DNA of 55,310 bases from a virus (Duplodnaviria > Caudoviricetes): positions 1 through 55,310 of IMG/VR virus record IMGVR_UViG_3300023097_000001. One strand, given 5' to 3'. The position numbers and the translations under genes were made by a program. The first letter of the stretch is position 1, and each line of letters begins with the position of its first letter. The notes under the pieces are model-generated. The model was not told the DNA's origin. It worked only from the letters and a program-made list of their open reading frames with translations, and ran no database searches. Shown piece by piece: positions 46,680 to 54,557 of the stretch.

Positions 46680-48048
46680 TAGGATCAACCTTGCCAATCT
46701 GCTCATTGGTCTTCGCAGTACCATCAAGCAGTAGGGCATTCATCTGTGCTACCGGATCATCCTTGTCCCACTCACGCATCTGCTTGCGCTGGACATCCGA
46801 GTAACCCATTTCGATACGTGCCTGCTCCACTGGAATGATTCCAGCCTGCTGAAGCTTCACAACGCCATCGGACTTGGCCGCGAACGTTGGAGTGGAAGGA
46901 TCACGCCATACCGATTCGAGCTGGTAAGCATCCTTGGGGATTTCACCATCCATGACCAGCATCCCGAGACGCATGACATCTTCCCATGCCTGCCCGAACA
47001 TACGGGCCTTGCGTTCGGTCTTCTTTACCAGTCGCGATTCGGCCGACTTGATGGCTTCGGCACTTGCGGGGTTCTCGGATGAGAACGAGAGATACTGAGG
47101 TGGAAGACCCGTGTACGAGGCTACCTGCTTGGCAAGTTCCTGGAGGGACTCGGTAAAGTTCCGCAGATCCGCAGCAGAAAATTGCATACCCTTGCCGTTT
47201 TCGTTCTCGAACGCCAGGATGCGGGCCATGTAGGCTTCCATCGCAGCGCCGGGATTTTCAGGGTCGGTAGGTAGCTCGTCACGATCAATACCAAACAGCA
47301 CACGCTGAGGAATTGCCATCAGCTCGGAAGCAGTCTGAAGGTTCATCATGATCCGGGAAGCAGCATCCGTTGCCGAACGAAGCTCCAGGGTGATCTCAGA
47401 CTTGCCGTAAGCCTCTGTGAGGCGTTCCCGGTTCAGGAGTTGGGCAGCAAGTACCCGTCCCAAGTCGTGCTGGATAGTCTCATCGACCTTCCACTGAGCA
47501 AACGGACCACCACGGGCGAGATATACCGTCCTGTCGGGCAGGAGCAGCGTCGCCATGTCTTCCTTGGGAATCGTGGGGTGCTTGTAGAGCCTCAGTGCTT
47601 CGGTCAGCTTCTTGGTGCGCTTGTCCTGCTTCGCGATGAAATTGAACGGGGACTCCACGCGGATAATCGGGATGTCCGGGTTGTCATCGTCTTCAGCAGG
47701 GGCCGCGACCGTGATGTAGGAAACGCCATGAATCATTGCCTCAAGGTGGCCCAGTCCCGACTCGGCGTCCAGGAAGTTTGCCTGCCACCACGAGCGGAGA
47801 CGTTCGTCTACCTCTGCCTGGTCGGCATTGCGGAAATCTTCCAGGTCCAGCCTCTCTTCGAGACTGTCCAAGTACATACGAGGCCAGCCAATAGCGGCTG
47901 TCATATGACGTAGCTCTGGTGGGGTGCTCAGTCCCAGGGCCTTGAGACGGTATTCCGACTCGTAGTAGGCCTGATTCTCCTTCAACTTGCCCTTACGGCC
48001 GTTGAGTGCGTTGATCAAGTCGTCTACTGTCTTATCGTATTCGCTCAC
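46645..48048 (-). CDS. portal protein (SPP1 gp6-like)
   Basis: GWPRMY, WWQAN-x-LD, NPASAEAI and WRDPSTPT. Confidence 0.93.
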   Translation of the reverse strand: MSEYDKTVDDLINALNGRKGKLKENQAYYESEYRLKALGLSTPPELRHMTAAIGWPRMYLDSLEERLDLEDFRNADQAEVDERLRSWWQANFLDAESGLGHLEAMIHGVSYITVAAPAEDDDNPDIPIIRVESPFNFIAKQDKRTKKLTEALRLYKHPTIPKEDMATLLLPDRTVYLARGGPFAQWKVDETIQHDLGRVLAAQLLNRERLTEAYGKSEITLELRSATDAASRIMMNLQTASELMAIPQRVLFGIDRDELPTDPENPGAAMEAYMARILAFENENGKGMQFSAADLRNFTESLQELAKQVASYTGLPPQYLSFSSENPASAEAIKSAESRLVKKTERKARMFGQAWEDVMRLGMLVMDGEIPKDAYQLESVWRDPSTPTFAAKSDGVVKLQQAGIIPVEQARIEMGYSDVQRKQMREWDKDDPVAQMNALLLDGTAKTNEQIGKVDPNAANGTSQKAT

Positions 48049-49724
48049 CTTAGGATTGCCACCCCCTTCTTCTTGTTGTGCTTACCCATCAGGAACTCCT
48101 GTCGAGCCCCAAAAGCAAGAACGGCACAAACAGCAGCGTCGATCTTGCGGGAGCTGTCCTTGGTAGCCTTGCTGATGGAGATGCCAAAGTTGTTTGGACG
48201 CCGGATGGCGTTCAATACGTGGCGTCGTAGTGCTACGTCGCCGTTGTGCGTTACTTCTCGTTCCATGACCGCGTCCTGAAAGCGCTCGCAGTCGAGGGTG
48301 AAGTTCTTGATGTTGGAACGCATGTCGTATGCGATTGGGTGCTTGGCTGTAGCCTTGTGCTTCAGCTTCTTGCCGTACTTGGCTCCCCACGCATCCACAT
48401 ACGATTCGAACTCCTTGACGTCGGACCTGAACGCAACCACGTCATACTGAGCGAATGCCCAGTCAACCGTGTTGTTCACGTCTTCACGAGGAACCTCACC
48501 ACCATACTTCTCCGGGTTCCAGATCTTGATGGGGAACACAGCAGCGTCTTCGACTCGGCAAGCCACAAGGGCCGTCCAGTCCGAGGACTTACTACCATCG
48601 AATCCCATGGTGATACGGTCTCCAGGCTCAAGCCTGCGAACGTCAACCGACATGCACTTGTCCCACTCACGTGGAGAAACCCAAGCGTCTTCGGCGGCGT
48701 TGATCTGGTTCAAGAACTTACGACGCGATTCCGTGACATCTTCTCGGATGTCCAGGATGGACTGTACGATCGTTTCCGTGTCCAGCCAGTCTGCGTCACC
48801 CTTGCAGATCTCCAGGCCTTCTCGAAGCTTGTCAACCGCTGCTGCGTACGCCTCAGGGTCCTCGATCAGGTCTGCGATCTCGCCCACAGGCGTGTCTGCG
48901 GGTGCTTCCAGTGCATCGTAAAGGAATCCGTTGTCAGAAGCCTCTCCGGACTGAACAGCCTGCCACGCGTCCCAGTCTCGTTCTGCGTCGGATTCCTCAC
49001 CAGGACGGTGAGCGTTGCAGATCGAGAGAGAACGACAGGAGGCGTAAGCACCCTTGGTCACGTTGCCTCGGATGATGTTGGCCATCTCAAGACCCTGGTT
49101 GGATTCGATCCACCACTGGGTCTCATTCTTGATCACGAACGTAGGACGCTTGCCCTCAAGAGCGAGGGGGGAAGACGTTACGGACTCGATCATTCCACCC
49201 GCACGCGAGTAAATGATGGTCTTGTGGACCTCAAGCCCGAAATCTTCCTTCAGGGTCCTGGATGTCATGGCCGGAAACAGGGTAAACGTGTTTCGAGTCT
49301 GGTCCTGGGACACAGCCGCGATCTGAATCCAAGCGGACGCCTTGGGCTTACCCCTGGCCTTACCCGTCTGGGGGTCCCAATGGCTGAACTGAACAGGCCC
49401 GCAGAGTTCTGCGAGTGCCATTGCTGCGGCAAGGGGGTCCTTGCCCCATCCCTTAAGCCTACGGAGAAGCCCATTGCGGTAGATGAATCGACCCGTGTTG
49501 GGGTCGACTGCGTACCACCAGCACAGGAATCGGTACTGTTCGAATGTTACAACGAAATTATCTCCCGCATTTGGCCCGGATGGCTGAACAACATACTTCC
49601 ACATCCAGTTGACGATCTCGTCACCCAGAGTTTGTTCAGGTAGGTAGTACCCACCCGACTCGGTCTCTTGCCAGGTGGGGCCTACGATGTGGGCAGGTGC
49701 GGGAGCAAGAGTCGGCGAACCCAT
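48045..49724 (-). CDS. terL: terminase large subunit
   Basis: RLKGWGKDP, AAVSQDQT, NETQ, GFDGS-x3-DWT and KIDAAV. Confidence 0.95.
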   Translation of the reverse strand: MGSPTLAPAPAHIVGPTWQETESGGYYLPEQTLGDEIVNWMWKYVVQPSGPNAGDNFVVTFEQYRFLCWWYAVDPNTGRFIYRNGLLRRLKGWGKDPLAAAMALAELCGPVQFSHWDPQTGKARGKPKASAWIQIAAVSQDQTRNTFTLFPAMTSRTLKEDFGLEVHKTIIYSRAGGMIESVTSSPLALEGKRPTFVIKNETQWWIESNQGLEMANIIRGNVTKGAYASCRSLSICNAHRPGEESDAERDWDAWQAVQSGEASDNGFLYDALEAPADTPVGEIADLIEDPEAYAAAVDKLREGLEICKGDADWLDTETIVQSILDIREDVTESRRKFLNQINAAEDAWVSPREWDKCMSVDVRRLEPGDRITMGFDGSKSSDWTALVACRVEDAAVFPIKIWNPEKYGGEVPREDVNNTVDWAFAQYDVVAFRSDVKEFESYVDAWGAKYGKKLKHKATAKHPIAYDMRSNIKNFTLDCERFQDAVMEREVTHNGDVALRRHVLNAIRRPNNFGISISKATKDSSRKIDAAVCAVLAFGARQEFLMGKHNKKKGVAILR

Positions 49725-49736
49725 TGCGGTGCTCCC

Positions 49737-50924
49737 TTAGTTGTTGATGATGTCGATAGTGGAAGGATAAGCAGCAGACCCAAGGGTCATACCACTACCC
49801 GTTCGGTAGAGCAGCGTGAGAATCACGTTGCCCGAAACAATGTCCCCGGCCTGGACAACCCAAGTAACAGGTCGCATGGTGCGGGAATAGCCACCACCCA
49901 AGTACAGACCACCAAAGCCGTTGGCTGAAGGTGATGCGGTTCCGGTCGACTTGTAGCGGAGAACCGCGCCTGAGCCGTCAACAGCCACTAGGTCAAGTTC
50001 GTAACCCGAGTCACCAGGGTTGCAGATGACGTTGGGAATCCAGGTCAACACATTGCCGGTCGCAGCAGCAACACTCACTCGATATGCGGCCGGAGCAACA
50101 GTCCACGCACCACCACTACCCGACGATGCGGTGAAAGTGGATGTGATGAGGCCTGAAGTGGCAAAGCCCTTCAGGGTGTCGCTTGGCTTCGCGTCCAGGG
50201 CTGCCTGAAGGCCCGTGACGTTCGCAATCGTGTGGGTGTGTACCGTGTTTGCCTTACCGGCCAGACCGGAGGTCAGCGCCGTATTCGTGGCGTAATCCCC
50301 TACGTCCTGCTTTGTCGCTAGGCCATTGGACAACCCAGTGTTAGTAGCGTAGTCGCCAGACGGTTGCTTTCCGTCAAGCGCCGTGCTGAGTCCGGTGACA
50401 GATGAAATGGCGTGAGTGTGTACGAGGGCCGCGTAGCGGGCGTCGCCACGGGCGTTATTGAGGTACTGCGTATGATCGTCGTCAGCCAGTCCTGTAAGTT
50501 CACCGTGATCGGTGACTCCTTCTCCCCCACCGCCTCCGGGGACGAAGATGTTTCCGTACTGGTCGGGGAAGTGTCCATTGACGCTCCGTACTGGATCGTA
50601 GTAGTCGGGATCTGGGAGCAGCAGGCCTACCGCATCCGGCAGGTTTAGCGCTACACCTTCAACGATCTCAATGACCTTGGTAATCCGGTACAGCTCTGAG
50701 AGCCGCACGGAGACCATGTACATGCCCTCTGGGAGGGTTTGGTTCAGAACGCCTGCTGGGACGTCCACGACCGTCTTGACCGGGATTACGACCCCATCAG
50801 GGTCGTCTGGGACTTCGACGGATTCGAGAAGCAGGAACACGATGGTGCCAACAGCCAAGTCACCCTTGGGCGTGTACCACGTGCCGGTAACGGTCCCTGT
50901 GGGTACCGAGGCTGGGAGTGCCAT
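49737..50924 (-). CDS. minor tail / fibre-like structural protein placed upstream of the terminase
   Basis: VRSVNG, DHGELTGL-x-DDDH-x-QY and HTH-x-I-x2-VTGL repeats. Confidence 0.75.
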   Translation of the reverse strand: MALPASVPTGTVTGTWYTPKGDLAVGTIVFLLLESVEVPDDPDGVVIPVKTVVDVPAGVLNQTLPEGMYMVSVRLSELYRITKVIEIVEGVALNLPDAVGLLLPDPDYYDPVRSVNGHFPDQYGNIFVPGGGGGEGVTDHGELTGLADDDHTQYLNNARGDARYAALVHTHAISSVTGLSTALDGKQPSGDYATNTGLSNGLATKQDVGDYATNTALTSGLAGKANTVHTHTIANVTGLQAALDAKPSDTLKGFATSGLITSTFTASSGSGGAWTVAPAAYRVSVAAATGNVLTWIPNVICNPGDSGYELDLVAVDGSGAVLRYKSTGTASPSANGFGGLYLGGGYSRTMRPVTWVVQAGDIVSGNVILTLLYRTGSGMTLGSAAYPSTIDIINN

Positions 50925-50959
50925 CTGTTCACAACTTTCTATAGCATGTCGAATAAAAG

Positions 50960-51031
50960 TCAGGATGGGTGGGATCGAACCACCGGCCCCGCGCTTCCAA
51001 AGCGCTCACTCTACCTCTGAGCTACACCCTG
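50960..51031 (-). tRNA. tRNA-Pro(UGG)
   Basis: Cloverleaf; anticodon loop TTTGGAA. Confidence 0.88.
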
Positions 51032-51045
51032 ATTGTCTAACAAAG

Positions 51046-51117
51046 AGCCGCTACTAGGACTTGAACCCAGAACCACCCGCTTACGAGGCGGGTGCTCTTC
51101 CATTGAGCTACAACGGC
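51046..51117 (-). tRNA. tRNA-Thr(CGU)
   Basis: Cloverleaf; loop CTCGTAA. Confidence 0.9.
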
Positions 51118-51121
51118 ATTG

Positions 51122-51193
51122 CGGGGCCACGAGGTCTCGAACCTCGGACAGCTCTTTTGGAGAGAGCCGTTTTGCCTACTAAACTATGTCCCC
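51122..51193 (-). tRNA. tRNA-Trp(CCA)
   Basis: Cloverleaf; loop CTCCAAA. Confidence 0.88.
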
Positions 51194-51246
51194 TTGACTA
51201 GCAGGCGCAGAAGAAGCGCCCACAGTCCTTACACAAAAACACCATG

Positions 51247-51317
51247 CTGCCTGCCCTGGATTCGAACCAAGAACAGATGGTTCAGAGCCACCCGTGTTGC
51301 CGTTACACCAACAGGCA
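51247..51317 (-). tRNA. tRNA-Gln(CUG)
   Basis: U1-A72, loop CTCTGAA, G73. Confidence 0.9.
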
Positions 51318-51369
51318 TTGTCCGTGCACCCTCTTACGCAGGCGTCCCCACTCGCGAATACACGGATTG

Positions 51370-51441
51370 TCATCCATCCAGGATTTGAACCTGGAACCTA
51401 GAGCTTAAGAGGCCCTTGCTCTACCCTTGAGCTAATGGACG
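51370..51441 (-). tRNA. tRNA-Lys(CUU)
   Basis: Cloverleaf; loop CTCTTAA. Confidence 0.9.
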
Positions 51442-51442
51442 G

Positions 51443-51515
51443 TCGCTCGTCCTGGAATCGAACCAGGGACCTTCTACTCATCAGGTAGACGCTCTTACCA
51501 CTGAGTTAACGAGCT
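51443..51515 (-). tRNA. tRNA-Ile(GAU), atypical G37
   Basis: Cloverleaf; loop CTGATGA; 1:72 mismatch. Confidence 0.82.
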
Positions 51516-51521
51516 ATACTT

Positions 51522-51608
51522 CTACACGCAGTGACAGTTCGTCAAAGAGTCACCCGTGTTCATCTTGCCCGTACCATGACAGTCCGGGCAGTTGTACTTT
51601 GGTTTCAT
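51522..51608 (-). CDS. DnaJ-type Zn-finger microprotein (28 aa)
   Basis: MKPKYNCPDCHGTGKMNTGDSLTNCHCV; AGGAG RBS. Confidence 0.65.
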   Translation of the reverse strand: MKPKYNCPDCHGTGKMNTGDSLTNCHCV

Positions 51609-51616
51609 CGGAACTC

Positions 51617-51739
51617 CTACTCAGTGACGGTTCCGCTCCCGTGACAGGTGGGACAGACGATCTCGGTCTGACTTCCATCTGGATTACGCTGGTAAACCGT
51701 CTTTTCACCCTTGCAGGTGTAGCACTCTACTGTTGCCAT
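51617..51739 (-). CDS. DnaJ-type Zn-finger microprotein (40 aa)
   Basis: MATVECYTCKGEK...VCPTCHGSGTVTE; GAGAGG RBS. Confidence 0.7.
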   Translation of the reverse strand: MATVECYTCKGEKTVYQRNPDGSQTEIVCPTCHGSGTVTE

Positions 51740-51760
51740 TCCAACCTCTCGTACGTGGTC

Positions 51761-51832
51761 GGTAAGGACGGGACTCGAACCCGCTAAAACCGGTTTCACA
51801 AACCGGTGCCTCGGCCACTTCGGCATCCTTCC
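51761..51832 (-). tRNA. tRNA-His(GUG)
   Basis: Loop TTGTGAA, C73; the encoded -1 base is A rather than G. Confidence 0.85.
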
Positions 51833-51834
51833 TG

Positions 51835-51906
51835 CTCCCACAACTGGATTCGAACCAGTAACCCGCGCCTTAACAGGGCGCTGCTCTGCCGTTGAGCTAT
51901 ACGGGA
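51835..51906 (-). tRNA. tRNA-Asn(GUU)
   Basis: Cloverleaf; loop CTGTTAA, G73. Confidence 0.92.
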
Positions 51907-51998
51907 ATAACGTGGCCACTCGATACACTCCATAGACCGGAGCATCGCTGGACCAACGGACAGTTCCTACATGCGTGAGTGTACTGTCAACTAAACTG

Positions 51999-52074
51999 TC
52001 GCTCCTGAGGGATTCGAACCCCCGCAAACCCAGGTTCGTAGCCTGGTGCTCTGTCCGGACTGAGCTAAGAAGCG
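51999..52074 (-). tRNA. tRNA-Arg(ACG)
   Basis: Cloverleaf; loop CTACGAA. Confidence 0.9.
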
Positions 52075-52077
52075 ATA

Positions 52078-52148
52078 TTACCCGCCAGGGAATCGAACCC
52101 TGATCTCCTGGGTGTAGGCCAGGAACTCTTCCTTTGAGCTAGCAGGCA
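52078..52148 (-). tRNA. tRNA-Val(UAC), atypical C33
   Basis: Stem CCTGG/CCAGG; loop CCTACAC. Confidence 0.82.
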
Positions 52149-52151
52149 AAG

Positions 52152-52225
52152 CCGAAACGCTTGGATTTGAACCAAGAACCCGTGGCTTTTCACGCCACTG
52201 CTCTTCCAAGTTGAGCTACGTCCCG
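52152..52225 (-). tRNA. tRNA-Phe(GAA), atypical G32
   Basis: Stem GTGGC/GCCAC; loop GTGAAAA. Confidence 0.85.
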
Positions 52226-52229
52226 TTGA

Positions 52230-52303
52230 TCCCAGTTCAAGGACTCGAACCTCGAACTCCCGAGTTACAGTCAGGCCGGTTGCCAATTACCATACAAACT
52301 GGG
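52230..52303 (-). tRNA. tRNA-Tyr(GUA), no long variable arm
   Basis: Loop CTGTAAC; C1-G72, A73; 4-nt variable loop. Confidence 0.78.
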
Positions 52304-52307
52304 ATAG

Positions 52308-52382
52308 TACCCCTCCCCAGATTCGAACTGGGAACCTTCCGGGTCTGAGCCGGACGCCTCTGCCAGGTTGGGCTAGAAGGGC
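52308..52382 (-). tRNA. tRNA-Leu(CAG), no long variable arm
   Basis: Loop CTCAGAC; A73; 5-nt variable loop. Confidence 0.82.
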
Positions 52383-52458
52383 AAATACCACGTTTATCGG
52401 GCGCACCGGCCCACGGGATCGTACGATTCCCGACGCTGTCACACGTTTTACGAGGTAG

Positions 52459-52526
52459 TCGTGAGGCAGGGATTCGAACCCCACTCGTGGAGCTTATGAG
52501 ACTCCCGAGAAAACCGCATACTCACG
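52459..52526 (-). tRNA. tRNA with CAU anticodon (Met or Ile2), degenerate D-arm
   Basis: GGAGT-CTCATAA-GCTCC anticodon arm and TTCGAAT T-loop; the D region does not pair. Confidence 0.6.
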
Positions 52527-52587
52527 CTGTTCCCGTTTTGATTCCCAGACTGGATCTGAACTGGGTGGGGTCATTAGACCCTCAAAT

Positions 52588-53036
52588 CTATCGGCGTGGG
52601 CAGGAGAACATGTGTTGTCCGTTTTTGAGCCCGCAATCGGGGCACCCGTCGTCGCCTGGGGCAAACTGAATGTTACTCACCATGGCCTATTCGGGCAGGT
52701 TGGGCTGTGGTTGTCGCCTAGACCACCACACCACCTGCACTTGGTAGTCGTCACTTGTTCTCGTTCTGTAGGTCCTTGATCACGTCACACCACGAGGCGT
52801 GTACCCCGCCGCTGTTGTGGCAGGTGTCGCAGCGTTCTACGCCGTCTTCATCCTTGTACCTCAACATGCGGGCTGATCCCTATCCGGGTTGCGGATACAC
52901 CACGAAGCATGGTTGCCTCCGGAGTGTCCACATTCCCTACACTTGGTATCTGACACGTCTACTCCGTAGGACACTGACCGCCGGTCGGGCAATTCTCTAC
53001 CCGAGCACCACAGCCATCACAAATTTCTGGAGCCAC
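52588..53036 (-). other. five coupled Cys/His micro-ORFs (25-38 aa)
   Basis: 52959-53036, 52861-52956, 52751-52867, 52677-52754 and 52588-52683; the last four each carry C-x2-C-x6-H-x3-C. Confidence 0.75.
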
Positions 53037-53969
53037 TTACTTCTTCACCAATTCTACATCTAGATGTTCGATCAACGCATCTGCCAGAGCTTCAGCGTCG
53101 ACACCCCCGGAAGTAACCAGGGTCTTTAGTTCAATTACTGCTGCGGTAAGAGCGTCTACCTTCTTCTCGGTGTCTGCTGTGGTCTTACCGAGTGCTTCAC
53201 CAGACTCTACGAAGTTCTCGGCTACGACGTCGTATACCTGCGTGAAAGCAGCAGCAGGCGTGGTGCCCGTGCCCTGCTCGATACCGTCGTGCCAGTCCAG
53301 CCACTTCACCATGGCGTCGCCGAAAGGCACTCCGCGCTCGGTGTAGGTCTTGGAAACTTCGTTGTACATCTGCTGGATAAGTTCTGCTGAGGTGGCCAAT
53401 TCGTCCTCCTGGTTTAGTGCGTCTGCTCGGAACTTGTTCATATCGATCATGAGCCCCGAAGCGTAACCAGGGTCCCACTTGCCTTCTTCGCCCTTGCCGT
53501 TGACCTCACCATGACCTCGGATGTACTGGATGTTTCCACCACAGAACAGGTCGGCTACCGCCTTGGCGAACTTACCGGCGGTGATGTACTGCGCGTTGGT
53601 CATGGGCTGAGTCCCTGGATACACGATCTCCAGGCCTACGGTGTAGTAGTTCCGGTTCTGCGCGTATGGGGCCAGAGGCCCTTCGTTAGGACCGTTTCCG
53701 CCACCAGCGTGCCAGGCTAGGCCTGTGCCGATAACAGTAAGCGTCCCATCGGAGTTACCCGAGAAGTTGCAGAGCATTCCTGGAAGACCAGGACGCCCGG
53801 TTACCAGGGCTTGGAAGGCCGAACCGAAGTTCGTGCCTGTGTGATGGATGATCGCACCTCTGATGTCGATCTGGCCGATACCGTTTCCACGGCCGTACCA
53901 ACCACCCCACTCGTTGACAACGACTCCGCGCTGTCTTAGAAGCTGAACCAAATCGTAAACGTCGCTCAT
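53037..53969 (-). CDS. endolysin, N-acetylmuramoyl-L-alanine amidase (Amidase_2)
   Basis: IIHHTG, AWHAG, GLEI, GHGE and KWDPG. Confidence 0.92.
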   Translation of the reverse strand: MSDVYDLVQLLRQRGVVVNEWGGWYGRGNGIGQIDIRGAIIHHTGTNFGSAFQALVTGRPGLPGMLCNFSGNSDGTLTVIGTGLAWHAGGGNGPNEGPLAPYAQNRNYYTVGLEIVYPGTQPMTNAQYITAGKFAKAVADLFCGGNIQYIRGHGEVNGKGEEGKWDPGYASGLMIDMNKFRADALNQEDELATSAELIQQMYNEVSKTYTERGVPFGDAMVKWLDWHDGIEQGTGTTPAAAFTQVYDVVAENFVESGEALGKTTADTEKKVDALTAAVIELKTLVTSGGVDAEALADALIEHLDVELVKK

Positions 53970-54112
53970 ACGAACCCCCTTGGGGAATCTAGGACTAGGC
54001 TGTCCTGGCGTTTAACTCCAGCGGTATAGCCTAGATTGCGTTAGCGGACTGACCCCGGAGGGAGTCAAAGTGGAAAGGAGGACACCGCTCAACCTCCGGG
54101 ATCAGAACTTCT

Positions 54113-54541
54113 TTATGCCACCTTCTGTGCACGTTCCTTGAAGTACGCAGCGATATCCGTGATCTCTGCTTCCTTACCGTCTCGCTCAACTTCGATGCGA
54201 ACACGGCGTCGATCACCTTCGGTGACCAACAGATTGGAGAGTGCGGTATTGATGGCTGCGAACATAACCGCCGAAGGCTTCTCGCCTTGGCGGAGCAACT
54301 TGTTGATGAAGTACATGACGTACCGAGCGTATTCCCAATCGGATGGTTCATAGTACTTCGCTTGTGCCGACTCCTTCAGGGAGTCGTAGAAATTCACGAC
54401 CATTGGATGTGGATCATCCAATGCCAGTGCTGGTGCGATTACCAGTCCTGCGGCTGCTAGCTTCTCGATCGGAATGACTTCGGCATTCCGACGAATCCTC
54501 TCTTCGCTGCGCTTCGGTACTGGACCGGTGATGTTAGCCAT
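54113..54541 (-). CDS. terS: terminase small subunit
   Basis: GPVPKRSEERIRRN, YYEPSDW and LLVTEGDRRRVRIEVER (cluster A type). Confidence 0.88.
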   Translation of the reverse strand: MANITGPVPKRSEERIRRNAEVIPIEKLAAAGLVIAPALALDDPHPMVVNFYDSLKESAQAKYYEPSDWEYARYVMYFINKLLRQGEKPSAVMFAAINTALSNLLVTEGDRRRVRIEVERDGKEAEITDIAAYFKERAQKVA

Positions 54542-54557
54542 TTACTCCTCCTGGGAG

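Noticed and set aside
44008-49643. Long + strand ORFs (44008-45672, 48246-49643; likewise 35309-36442 and 38794-39876)
   Set aside because: They are antisense shadows of capsid, terminase and tail genes, expected from GC-rich codon bias.
51617-52027. 136-aa ORF spanning tRNAs
   Set aside because: The N-terminal part runs through tRNA-Arg, tRNA-Asn and tRNA-His; only the last 40 codons have an RBS and a coherent motif.
52386-52456. Second hammerhead or twister ribozyme in the tRNA array
   Set aside because: It has AAAAC...GUC and stems but lacks the CUGAnGA core and twister consensus; it is kept only as an unclassified structure.
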